Below, piece after piece: positions 9,213 through 16,955 of a DNA stretch of 63,273 nucleotides. Position 1 is the first letter of the stretch; every line of letters starts with the position of its first letter. The notes beneath the pieces are model-generated. The model saw only the letters and a program-made list of their open reading frames with translations. It was not told the origin of the DNA and searched no databases. The stretch is taken from the IMG/VR virus record IMGVR_UViG_3300048583_000095, positions 1 through 63,273 of that record; one strand, written 5' to 3'. The translations under genes and the position numbers were made by a program. This stretch comes from a virus.

Positions 9213-11243
9213 ATGACATCGATCATCGCAGAACTCGACGAGACGGGAAGCCGGATCGTCCTGCACGACACGCTGTGGCAAGACAAGCCGCTCGTGACGC
9301 AGATTCCGGGCAAGGAATGGAACGCCGACCTGAAGAAGTGGATGCTCCCGAAGTCGTGGGCGGCGTGCATTCAGGCGCGGGCGATCTTCGGCGACCGGCT
9401 CAAGGTCGGCAAGCTGCTCGGCGAGTGGTCGCGAGGCGAGAAGACTCGACGTGACGCGGTCCTGAAACTGCGTGACGCTCGCGAGCCCGTGCAGCCGTAC
9501 ACGCCCGTGAACGAGCACGACGAGAAGCTGTACCCCTTCCAGATTCCCGGGGCCGACTTCCTTGTGCAAGCGCGGTATGCGCTGCTCGGCGACGAGATGG
9601 GCTCGGGTAAGACGCTTCAGACGCTCGCAGCGATGCGCCGCGTCGACATGATCATGCCCGAGTACGGAGGCGGCGCGTACCCCGCGCTCGTCGTCTGCCC
9701 TAACTCCACTAAGCGGAACTGGGCTCGCGAGGTCGCGAAGTGGCTTCCCGAAGCGAACGCCGTCGTGATCGACGGTGCGGCCGCCAAGCGCCGGAAGCAG
9801 ATCGCCGAAGCGCTCGACGTTCCGAACCTCGTGCTCATCATGAACATCGAAAGCGTGCGTCTGCACTCGCGGCTCGCGCCGTACGGCTCCGTTCGCCTGA
9901 AGAAGTGCCGCGAGTGCGACCCGGTCTCGGGCGACGAGGCGTTGACTCCGGCGAAGTGCGAGACGCACGACAAGGAACTGAACTCGATTCCGTTCAAGGT
10001 CTGCGTGCTCGACGAGGCGCACCGCGTGAAGGACCCGCGAGCCTTGCAGTCCCGCGCGATCTGGCGTGTATTTCACGGCCCGACCGTGAACTACCGGTGG
10101 GCGCTCACAGGAACGCCCGTGGCGAACCACCCGGGCGACATCTGGTCGATTCTGCACACGATCGACCCGGCCGGGTTCCCGCGCAAGTCGGCCTTCATCG
10201 ACCGGTACGCGCTCACTGAGTTCAACGCCTTCGGCGGGATGTCAATCGTCGGACTCAACCCGGCGACGCGCGACGAGTTCCTTTCGCTGCTCGACGTTCG
10301 GATGCGCCGCATGTTGAAGGCGCTCGTGCTGGATCAGCTTCCGGCGAAGACGCGCGTCGTGCGCCACGTCGAGATGAGCGCGAAGCAGAAGAAGGCATAC
10401 GACGAGGTCGCGGCCGAATACGTGCTCACGACGGACTCGGGCGACAAGCTCGTCATGAACGGGAACCTCCCGGCCGCGACGCGCCTATTGCAACTCGCGT
10501 CCGCGATGTGCGACGTCGACAAGGGTGAGAACCCGGCCGACCCCGGCTCGTGGAAGGTCACGCTCACGGACCCGTCTTCGAAGGTCGACGAACTCATGTC
10601 GATCATCGACGACAACCCCGGCAAGCCGCTTGCCATTGCGGCCGAGCACAAGCAGCTTATCGACCTCGCGGCGAAGCGCCTCACGGCGGCCGGGATCGAG
10701 TACGGCGTGATCACGGGCGGCGTGTCCGGCGCGCAGCGTGACGAGACGGTCGAAGCCTTTCAGTCCGGCAAGCTCAAGTACATCTTGTTCACGTACAAGG
10801 CCGGTGGCGTCGGCCTGAACATGACGGCCGCCGACACCCTCGTGCGCTTGCAACGGTCGTGGTCGCTCATCGACAACATGCAGGGCGAAGACCGGGTGCA
10901 CCGTATCGGGTCGGAACAGCACGAGGCGATCACGATCATCGACATCATCACGGCCGACACGATCGAAGAGACGCAGGTCGAAAAGCTGTACGCCAAGATG
11001 CAGCGGCTCGAAGAGATCGTGCGTGACCGTGAGCAGCTTCAGGCGGCCGGGAAGTCGACGGCGCACCTTGACGCCGAAGCCGCTCGGATCGAATCGCTTG
11101 ATCTGCTCGATCAGGCGGCCGGATACGACGAGGCCACGGCCTACGCCAAGCACGCCGAGTACCTGAACGAGATGATCGACATCGACGCCGAGATCACGAA
11201 GTACGAAGACGCCATGAACGACGACATCGACGGAGGACCATGA
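9213..11243 (+). CDS. SNF2/RAD54-family helicase
   Basis: LGDEMGSGKTLQT (motif I), LDEAHRVK (II), LTGTPVANHPGDIWS (III), GGVGLNM and QGEDRVHRIGS (V/VI). ORF 9072.. trimmed to ATG 9213. Confidence 0.9.
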   Translation: MTSIIAELDETGSRIVLHDTLWQDKPLVTQIPGKEWNADLKKWMLPKSWAACIQARAIFGDRLKVGKLLGEWSRGEKTRRDAVLKLRDAREPVQPYTPVNEHDEKLYPFQIPGADFLVQARYALLGDEMGSGKTLQTLAAMRRVDMIMPEYGGGAYPALVVCPNSTKRNWAREVAKWLPEANAVVIDGAAAKRRKQIAEALDVPNLVLIMNIESVRLHSRLAPYGSVRLKKCRECDPVSGDEALTPAKCETHDKELNSIPFKVCVLDEAHRVKDPRALQSRAIWRVFHGPTVNYRWALTGTPVANHPGDIWSILHTIDPAGFPRKSAFIDRYALTEFNAFGGMSIVGLNPATRDEFLSLLDVRMRRMLKALVLDQLPAKTRVVRHVEMSAKQKKAYDEVAAEYVLTTDSGDKLVMNGNLPAATRLLQLASAMCDVDKGENPADPGSWKVTLTDPSSKVDELMSIIDDNPGKPLAIAAEHKQLIDLAAKRLTAAGIEYGVITGGVSGAQRDETVEAFQSGKLKYILFTYKAGGVGLNMTAADTLVRLQRSWSLIDNMQGEDRVHRIGSEQHEAITIIDIITADTIEETQVEKLYAKMQRLEEIVRDREQLQAAGKSTAHLDAEAARIESLDLLDQAAGYDEATAYAKHAEYLNEMIDIDAEITKYEDAMNDDIDGGP

Positions 11244-12493
11244 ACGACATCCGGCGTATCTCGCAGTCAGACCTGAAGGATTTCCAGCGCTGCAAGCGCC
11301 GGTACTGGCTGCGGCACGTGCGCCGCCTCGCGCCGCGACTGCACGGCCCCACGGGGCCGTTGCAGTCGGGCACGCGGGTGCACGCCGCGCTCGAAGCGTT
11401 CTACACGCCGAACGGCGCGGTCGACCCCCGGCAGGCGCTCGAAGACGCCATCTCGGACGCTGCGCGCGAGTACCACTCGCAGTGTCAGACGCTCGGCGTC
11501 GAGCCCGACGCGGCCGTGATCGACAAGTTCCTGAAGGACACCGACCTTGAACGGGCGATGGTCGAAGGCTACTTCGAATGGCTCGCCGACACCGGGGCCG
11601 ACGCGCACTTGCAGGTGATCGGGGCCGAAGAGCAGGTCAGGATCACGAGCGACCAACTCGGGGCCGACTTCGGGCAACTCGTCGAGATCGTCGGCAAGCT
11701 CGACGCTCGCGTGCTCGACGAGGTCACCGGCTTCACGCAGTTCGTTGACCACAAGACGGTACAGAACTTCGCGCAGGTGTTGCCGACGCTGCAAAGCGAC
11801 CCGCAGATGCTTCACTATCACCTGCTGCTCTCGATCGTGTATCCAGAGCAGCAGGTCGACGGGGCGCTGTACAACATGCTGCGGAAGGTCAAGCGCGGGA
11901 AGACGGCGAAGCCGCCGTTCTACATGCGCGAGACGATCGTGCACAACGCCGACGAAGTCGAGTCGTACCGGCTTCGGCTGATCGGCCTCATTACGAACGT
12001 GATCGAGTTCGAAGCGCGGATTGCGCAGCTCGGCGAGATCGGCGTGAAGATGTTCGCGCAGCCGAATCCGACTCGGGATTGTTCATGGGATTGCTCGTTC
12101 TTCGACGTCTGCGGCATGTTCGACGACGGCTCGCGGGTTGAAGACGCGATCCGCGATCTCTTCGAAGAAAGGGACCCGCACGAGCGATACGCTGCGCCTA
12201 TGCTAGACTTATGTAATAGATCAGAGCGACAGAGAGGAGAGGATGAATGCCCGAAGTGTTCAGTGAGTTCGAGACCGCTAGCTTTCTCGCGTACGGCGAG
12301 ACGAAGAACGGTAAGAGCACACTGCTCGCCACCATGCCGACGCCGGGAGTCATCTTCGACACCGAAGGCAAGTGGCAGTTCTTTCAAGGGCGACCGAATC
12401 CGAACCGCGACGGCGAGCCGTTCCGGCTCAAGCTGTGGAACCCGGCCGAAGCACCCCCGAAGGACGACGGGACGTACGACTTCGCCATCGTGA
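11240..12493 (+). CDS. Cas4/RecB-like PD-(D/E)XK exonuclease; the last ~90 codons look non-genic and overlap the next gene
   Basis: N-terminal CKRRYWL; KLDARV...FVDHKT nuclease motifs; Cys cluster CSWDCSFFDVC. No in-frame stop until 12493, although AT-rich intergenic-like sequence starts near 12200. Confidence 0.75.
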   Translation: MNDIRRISQSDLKDFQRCKRRYWLRHVRRLAPRLHGPTGPLQSGTRVHAALEAFYTPNGAVDPRQALEDAISDAAREYHSQCQTLGVEPDAAVIDKFLKDTDLERAMVEGYFEWLADTGADAHLQVIGAEEQVRITSDQLGADFGQLVEIVGKLDARVLDEVTGFTQFVDHKTVQNFAQVLPTLQSDPQMLHYHLLLSIVYPEQQVDGALYNMLRKVKRGKTAKPPFYMRETIVHNADEVESYRLRLIGLITNVIEFEARIAQLGEIGVKMFAQPNPTRDCSWDCSFFDVCGMFDDGSRVEDAIRDLFEERDPHERYAAPMLDLCNRSERQRGEDECPKCSVSSRPLAFSRTARRRTVRAHCSPPCRRRESSSTPKASGSSFKGDRIRTATASRSGSSCGTRPKHPRRTTGRTTSPS

Positions 12494-13041
12494 AGATCAC
12501 GAGCGCCGCCGTCATGGCGCAGGCGATGCCGTGGATTGACCGTAATGATCACCCGTTCGTCTCGATCGGGCTCGACTCGCTCACGGTCGGTCAAGAGCAG
12601 GGGATCGAAGCGATTCGCTCGGTCGACGAGGATTTCCGCATTCAGGACTGGGGCGCTATCCGGCGTCGCGTCCTCTCCGACCTGTCGCGTATCATGGCGC
12701 GCGTGTCGGACCCGGCGAATCCGCTGCGCGTCTTCGCGGCGACGGCGCACGGCCACACGAAAGACGGCCGGTACCGTCCCGCGATGCAAGGCGGCATTCA
12801 GGTACGAATGCCGTACTCGTTCGACTCCGTGATCTGCATGAAGAAAGCGTTCGTGAAGAACGAGCAGGGCATGATCCCGGACGACGCGCCTTCGGTGTTC
12901 CGAGCGCTCGTCAAGTCGCACCCGGCGTACGCCACCGGGTCGAACTTCGAAGACCGATTCCCGAAGGGGATCATCGACAACCCGAACCTTACGCACATGA
13001 TGCGTATGATTTTCCCGGCTGCGGCCGAAACGAAAGGATAG
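12247..13041 (+). CDS. RecA-like AAA ATPase (Sak4-like recombination protein candidate)
   Basis: Walker A YGETKNGKST; RBS GAGAGGAGAGG; position next to nuclease and SSB-like genes. Confidence 0.75.
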   Translation: MPEVFSEFETASFLAYGETKNGKSTLLATMPTPGVIFDTEGKWQFFQGRPNPNRDGEPFRLKLWNPAEAPPKDDGTYDFAIVKITSAAVMAQAMPWIDRNDHPFVSIGLDSLTVGQEQGIEAIRSVDEDFRIQDWGAIRRRVLSDLSRIMARVSDPANPLRVFAATAHGHTKDGRYRPAMQGGIQVRMPYSFDSVICMKKAFVKNEQGMIPDDAPSVFRALVKSHPAYATGSNFEDRFPKGIIDNPNLTHMMRMIFPAAAETKG

Positions 13042-13046
13042 AGGAC

Positions 13047-13559
13047 ATGGCAGACGAAACATGGGATGCGTTCATCGAAGAAGCGGCCGACGCCTTCAAC
13101 CCGCTTCCCGAAGGGACGTACGACTTCATCGTCACCGGGGCCGAAGGCAAGGTTTCCGGCAGCGGGAACCCGATGGTCAAGGTCGACGCGAAGGTCACGA
13201 CCGGGCCGCACGCAGGGAAGGCGATCAAAAGCTTCTACGTGATCCGCACGGCTTCGCAGGCGAAGAAGTTCGTGCTGCACATGAAGGCTATGGGCATCTC
13301 GATCGAAGTGCTCACGGCGCACAAGCCGACCATGCAGCAGCTCGCGAAGGCCATGGAAGGCAAGCCCTTCCGAGGCAAGGTCAAGCACACCAGTGACGAC
13401 ACCTACGGCGACGCCGTCGAACTGTCGTGGGCGATGCTGCCACCCTCCGGTGGCGCGATCGCCGTGACCTCGTTCCCGGCGCTGAGCGAAGGCGAGTCGC
13501 TCGGCTACGGCTCCGACTCCGGCGCGAGCGTCGCGACCGACGACGACGCCGGTTTCTAG
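13047..13559 (+). CDS. SSB-like protein candidate (DUF669-like)
   Basis: Acidic C-terminal tail DDDAGF resembling SSB tails; synteny with the ATPase and nuclease. Confidence 0.55.
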   Translation: MADETWDAFIEEAADAFNPLPEGTYDFIVTGAEGKVSGSGNPMVKVDAKVTTGPHAGKAIKSFYVIRTASQAKKFVLHMKAMGISIEVLTAHKPTMQQLAKAMEGKPFRGKVKHTSDDTYGDAVELSWAMLPPSGGAIAVTSFPALSEGESLGYGSDSGASVATDDDAGF

Positions 13560-13568
13560 ACCCGGCTC

Positions 13569-13603
13569 AAGAGGGTGTCCGCGATGCGGGCACCCTCTTT
13601 TTC
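13569..13603 (+). terminator. rho-independent terminator
   Basis: AAGAGGGTG-13 nt-CACCCTCTT followed by TTTT. Confidence 0.85.
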
Positions 13604-13644
13604 ATAAATGGTAGAATCGCAAGATCACGAAGAAAGGACAAATA

Positions 13645-14331
13645 GTGTTCACTGCACGAAACCGACAAAATGCATTCGCCAAGCGGCGGCGCGAGGTGCG
13701 CGAAGCGCAAGCGGCCGTCCCTGCGCCGGAGTCGTCGCCGGAGCCACCGGCCCCGAAGCCGGTACAGATGGCAGCAGCGCCATATGACACGCGTACCGGC
13801 GAGAGTGACGACATCACGGACGCGCCGGACGTCTCGACGCTCGCCACGGGCGGCGTGGTCTTCCCGCCCACCGAAGAGCAGCAGGCAGCGGCCGACGAGC
13901 TGCTACAGGCCGGGCAAGAGGTCGACCCGACGCCGGTCGCCGAGCCGATCCCCGTCGAGCTTGCTCCCGTGATCAGCGCCGAGACGCGGGCGAAGATCGA
14001 CGCCGTCATGAACCACGCGATCACGCCGGTCGACGACTCCGCCCCCGTCGAGTCCGAGCCCGCGCCGGAACCGGCCGCCGCGCCCACTGAGAGCGAGCCT
14101 AAGCGCGGTCGCGGTCGGCCCCGGCCGCAAGAGACGATCGACCGCGACAACGCCGTGTACGCGCTGCTCGTCCGCGCGGACGCCGACACCGGCATCTCGA
14201 AAGAATCGATCGCGGCCGAACTCGACGAGAAGGAACAGCAGGTGTATTCGAGCCTGCGGCAGCTCACCAAAGAGAAGCGCGCCGAGACGCGGTACGTCAA
14301 GCCCCACGGCTACCGGTGGTTCGCACTCTGA
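13645..14331 (+). CDS. DNA-binding protein candidate (AT-hook-like KRGRGRPRP plus C-terminal winged-helix-like region)
   Basis: GTG start 8 nt after GAAAGGACA; Pro/Glu-rich linker; basic C-terminal domain. Confidence 0.6.
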   Translation: MFTARNRQNAFAKRRREVREAQAAVPAPESSPEPPAPKPVQMAAAPYDTRTGESDDITDAPDVSTLATGGVVFPPTEEQQAAADELLQAGQEVDPTPVAEPIPVELAPVISAETRAKIDAVMNHAITPVDDSAPVESEPAPEPAAAPTESEPKRGRGRPRPQETIDRDNAVYALLVRADADTGISKESIAAELDEKEQQVYSSLRQLTKEKRAETRYVKPHGYRWFAL

Positions 14332-14354
14332 GCAGCGGAAACGCAAGAGGGTAC

Positions 14355-14375
14355 CCCCGGGTTGCAAGCCCGGGG
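14355..14375 (+). terminator. stem-loop
   Basis: CCCCGGG-TTGCAAG-CCCGGGG. Confidence 0.5.
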
Positions 14376-14498
14376 CACACATGCTATTGTTTAATAGTTC
14401 AAGGCGCACGAGCCCGACGACGACAGACGACGGGACAACGGCGAAGACACGAACGTCGAAGTGAAGTAGCATGAAAGTGCCGGGTCCGCCCGGCGCTA

Positions 14499-14570
14499 GC
14501 CTTCGTAGCTCATTGGCAGAGCAGCGGCTTCCAAACCCGCGTGCAGGTGGTTCGATTCCATCCGGGGGTG
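14499..14570 (+). tRNA. tRNA-Trp(CCA)
   Basis: Hand fold: acceptor GCCTTCG/CGGGGGT (G-U rich), D-arm GCTC..GAGC, anticodon loop TTCCAAA, T-arm GGTGG-TTCGATT-CCATC, G73. Confidence 0.75.
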
Positions 14571-14680
14571 CGTAGTGTGTTGATCCGTACATTGCAAGGC
14601 CACGCGACTAACCATCGCAACGGATCGACCGGCTCGGGTAGCTCCCGGGACCGGAAAAGGCTCCCGGTGGTTCGGGGGTA

Positions 14681-14746
14681 AACGTACTAGCTCAATGGCA
14701 GAGCACCCGGTGAGGGAGGTTCGGGGTTCGATTCCCCGGTACGTTA
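14681..14746 (+). pseudogene. tRNA-like remnant (66 nt) with a truncated anticodon arm
   Basis: Perfect acceptor AACGTAC/GTACGTT, D-arm GCTC-AATGGCA-GAGC and T-arm CGGGG-TTCGATT-CCCCG. Only 17 nt lie where 22-23 are needed, and no canonical anticodon loop forms. Confidence 0.5.
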
Positions 14747-14770
14747 CGAGGCGCGCAAGCGCCACACGAT

Positions 14771-14840
14771 GCGGGATAGCTTAAGGGTAGAGCTGCGGCC
14801 TCATAAGCCGTAAGGTGCCGGTTCGACTCCGGTTCCCGCT
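14771..14840 (+). tRNA. tRNA-Met(CAT) (could be elongator, initiator or Ile2 type)
   Basis: Acceptor GCGGGA/TCCCGC, anticodon stem GCGGC/GCCGT, loop CTCATAA, T-loop TTCGACT; the T-stem/acceptor junction is irregular. Confidence 0.65.
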
Positions 14841-14902
14841 ACTAGGACGGTTCGGCACGGAGTGCTCGGGGATGCACCTCATGGGAACCCGGATCGTCCG
14901 AT

Positions 14903-14987
14903 GGAAAGTGCGTGTATTGGCAAGCACAGCCGGGTTGCTAACTCGGCGATCCCGCACGGGGTCGGGGTTCGATTCCCTCACTTTCCA
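14903..14987 (+). tRNA. tRNA-Ser(GCT)
   Basis: Acceptor GGAAAGT/ACTTTCC, loop TTGCTAA, long variable arm, T-loop TTCGATT. Confidence 0.8.
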
Positions 14988-15088
14988 CTTTCGTTCCCAC
15001 GGGATGACACGGGTACGGGAGAAGGGGAACCGGCAGTACGTAGGAACTAGGCCGATGTGGCTAGGTGACCGCAAGTGCTGCCGGACAT

Positions 15089-15178
15089 GGAAAGTATGCG
15101 CCAACGGGTGCGCACCTGGTCTCGAAAACCGGGACGTCGGCCGCGAGGTCGGCGGGGGTTCGAATCCTCTACTTTCCG
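15089..15178 (+). tRNA. tRNA-Ser(CGA)
   Basis: Acceptor GGAAAGT/ACTTTCC, anticodon stem CTGGT/ACCGG, loop CTCGAAA, long variable arm, T-loop TTCGAAT. Confidence 0.8.
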
Positions 15179-15183
15179 CGCAA

Positions 15184-15269
15184 TGGCGTCAGTCGCAGGT
15201 GCGACAGCGAGCCTGTAAAGCTCGCGTCGGGGAAACTCGACAAGGTGGGTTCGATACCCACGGCGTCAA
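15184..15269 (+). tRNA. tRNA-Tyr(GTA)
   Basis: Anticodon stem CGAGC/GCTCG, loop CTGTAAA, long variable arm, T-arm GTGGG-TTCGATA-CCCAC, acceptor TGGCGTC/GGCGTCA with two G-U pairs. Confidence 0.65.
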
Positions 15270-15330
15270 CAAAGCGGCTTCGGTTCCAACACACTACTAA
15301 CGGTGCGCTGGTCTCGACCCGAAGCCGCGA

Positions 15331-15403
15331 GCCCGCCTAGCTCAGCGGATAGAGCATCCGGTTCCGGACCGGAAGGCGCGTGGTTCGAGTCCACGGGCGG
15401 GCA
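15331..15403 (+). tRNA. tRNA-Arg(CCG)
   Basis: Acceptor GCCCGCC/GGCGGGC, stem TCCGG/CCGGA, loop TTCCGGA, T-loop TTCGAGT. Confidence 0.85.
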
Positions 15404-15434
15404 CGCCAGATACACGACGAAAGAGGATGGATAC

Positions 15435-15848
15435 ATGCGAAAACTGACGAAGACGCTCGTCGCCGCTGCCGGTGCCGCGACGCTCGGGGTCACGCTCACG
15501 GCGTGCACCGCAGCCGACACGGCTTCACACAACATCTCCACAGCGGCCGAGAACTTCGAAGTCCTACGGCGCATCGTGTTCTTCAACGGGATCACGGACA
15601 CGTACCTTCTGACGATCGAAGGCCGCTGCAACATCGAAGACGAGGGCAATCAGCTCGAAGTCACGTGCAAGATCGCGGACGGCGACGGCGAGAACGCGTA
15701 CACGAAGCACTTTCTCGGCCTGTCCGACAACGTGACATACTTCGTCGAGCAGATGGAAGTCGTCGATGTCGACGAGTTCCATCACCGGATCATCTTCCGG
15801 CCCGAGACGATCGTGCCGGACATCGATCTAGAGACGTCGGGCAACTAA
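15435..15848 (+). CDS. secreted lipoprotein (signal peptide with lipobox LTAC)
   Basis: ORF 15303.. trimmed to ATG 15435 because the upstream part overlaps tRNA-Arg. N-terminus MRKLTKTLVAAAGAATLGVTLTAC. Confidence 0.8.
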   Translation: MRKLTKTLVAAAGAATLGVTLTACTAADTASHNISTAAENFEVLRRIVFFNGITDTYLLTIEGRCNIEDEGNQLEVTCKIADGDGENAYTKHFLGLSDNVTYFVEQMEVVDVDEFHHRIIFRPETIVPDIDLETSGN

Positions 15849-15854
15849 GCTTCA

Positions 15855-15872
15855 CGGGGGTGCGAGCCCCCG
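15855..15872 (+). terminator. short stem-loop after the lipoprotein gene
   Basis: CGGGGG-TGCGAG-CCCCCG. Confidence 0.45.
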
Positions 15873-15880
15873 GAAGCCGA

Positions 15881-15953
15881 GCGGGTTTAGAGTAGCGGTC
15901 ATCTCGTCACATTCTCAATGTGAAGATCACGGGTTCGAATCCCGTAACCCGTG
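15881..15953 (+). tRNA. tRNA-Glu(CTC)
   Basis: Acceptor GCGGGTT/AACCCGT, stem TCACA/TGTGA, loop TTCTCAA, T-arm ACGGG-TTCGAAT-CCCGT. Confidence 0.8.
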
Positions 15954-16037
15954 CAAGGCGACATGAGGCATACGAAGAAGGTCGCCCCGATCATCGGTCG
16001 GGAGCCGGGGGAGCCTCATCTCCGGCTCTGAAATAAA

Positions 16038-16111
16038 TGCCTTGTGGTGTAACCCGGCAACACGCTAAGCTTTGGACTTAGAGATTCTTGGTTCGAATCC
16101 AAGCGGGGCAG
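16038..16111 (+). tRNA. tRNA-Gln(TTG)
   Basis: U1-A72 acceptor TGCCTTG/CGGGGCA, stem CTAAG/CTTAG, loop CTTTGGA, G73. Confidence 0.8.
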
Positions 16112-16119
16112 CTATACGA

Positions 16120-16191
16120 TGCTCGGTAGCTCAGCGGCAGAGCGCGCGACTGTTAATCGCGTGGTCGAAGGTTCGAATCCTTCTCGGGCAG
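16120..16191 (+). tRNA. tRNA-Asn(GTT)
   Basis: Acceptor TGCTCGG/TCGGGCA, stem CGCGA/TCGCG, loop CTGTTAA, T-arm GAAGG-TTCGAAT-CCTTC, G73. Confidence 0.85.
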
Positions 16192-16211
16192 CTCGAACAA
16201 CTGAAGAACGA

Positions 16212-16283
16212 TGCTCGCTAGTTCAATGGCAGAACGGCCGCCTCTGGAGCGGAAGGTTCGTGGTTCGAATCCACGGTGAGCAG
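16212..16283 (+). tRNA. tRNA-Gln(CTG)
   Basis: Acceptor TGCTCGC/GTGAGCA, loop CTCTGGA, T-arm CGTGG-TTCGAAT-CCACG, G73; one mismatch at the top of the anticodon stem. Confidence 0.75.
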
Positions 16284-16341
16284 CTTGGACAAGCAAGACG
16301 TGAAGGCGTGACCAACCGCAGCGATGCGCGCGCCTGATCTA

Positions 16342-16413
16342 GCTCCGGTCGTCTATGGGTTAAGATCCGAGATTTTCACTCTCGGGTACAGGGTTCGAGT
16401 CCCTGTCGGAGTA
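16342..16413 (+). tRNA. tRNA-Glu(TTC)
   Basis: Acceptor GCTCCGG/TCGGAGT, stem CGAGA/TCTCG, loop TTTTCAC, T-arm CAGGG-TTCGAGT-CCCTG. Confidence 0.8.
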
Positions 16414-16605
16414 CGTGTGAGGTGACCGTGTGATAACTCTAGGTGACTCTAGAGCGTGATAACGGGTGAACTCAGGCAATGCCGGGTAAGGCTAGGGTCT
16501 CTCTGCCCCGGTCGCCGAAGTGAGGACTCGACGGTTAGTTTCCGGACGGAACCGCCGATGCCGGGTTAGTCGCCCGAATGCCTCGCGGAAGCGAGGAGAG
16601 AATAT
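16414..16605 (+). ncRNA. unassigned structured spacer inside the tRNA array (candidate small RNA)
   Basis: 192 nt with no tRNA T-loop and no ORF. Local hairpins CTCTAG-GTGACT-CTAGAG, CCGGG..CCCGG, CCTCGC-GGAA-GCGAGG. GTGATAAC is repeated twice. Confidence 0.3.
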
Positions 16606-16677
16606 GCCGTGTTAGCTCATTGGTAGAGCGTTCGCCTGTCGAGCGAAGGGTAACGGGTTCGATCCCCGTACATGGCG
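16606..16677 (+). tRNA. tRNA-Asp(GTC)
   Basis: Acceptor GCCGTGT/ACATGGC, stem TTCGC/GCGAA, loop CTGTCGA, G73. Confidence 0.85.
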
Positions 16678-16714
16678 CAAGGTTCCGACCGCTGACAGGA
16701 CGGCCGGAGCCGGA

Positions 16715-16786
16715 CGGGTTATGGCCTAGTGGGATGGCGCGTGATTTGGGATCACGAGGACCCCGGTTCGATTCCGGGTAACCCGA
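16715..16786 (+). tRNA. tRNA-Pro(TGG)
   Basis: Acceptor CGGGTTA/TAACCCG, stem CGTGA/TCACG, loop TTTGGGA, T-arm CCCGG-TTCGATT-CCGGG, A73. Confidence 0.85.
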
Positions 16787-16788
16787 CT

Positions 16789-16861
16789 GTGACGTTAGCT
16801 CAGCGGCAAGAGCGTTCGGATGTGGCCCGAAAGGTCGCGGGTTCGAATCCCGTACGTCACC
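16789..16861 (+). tRNA. tRNA-His(GTG)
   Basis: Acceptor GTGACGT/ACGTCAC, stem TTCGG/CCGAA, loop ATGTGGC, C73; no encoded G-1. Confidence 0.85.
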
Positions 16862-16876
16862 CCAACTTCATAGCAA

Positions 16877-16950
16877 GCCCCGTTAGCCCAACTGGCAGAG
16901 GCGTCTGATTTAGGTTCAGAAGGTTCCGAGTTCGACTCTCGGACGGGGTA
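16877..16950 (+). tRNA. tRNA with Leu anticodon TAG but a short (class I) variable arm
   Basis: Acceptor GCCCCGT/ACGGGGT, stem TCTGA/TCAGA, loop TTTAGGT, 5-nt variable region AGGTT, T-arm CCGAG-TTCGACT-CTCGG, A73. Confidence 0.6.
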
Positions 16951-16955
16951 CGTAA

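Noticed and set aside
16505-16530. CCGAAGTG at 16512-16519 in the tRNA-array spacer, as a sixth Y-RNA-like closing helix
   Set aside because: No complementary GATTCGG partner lies downstream. A 7-mer match is expected by chance a few times in 63 kb.
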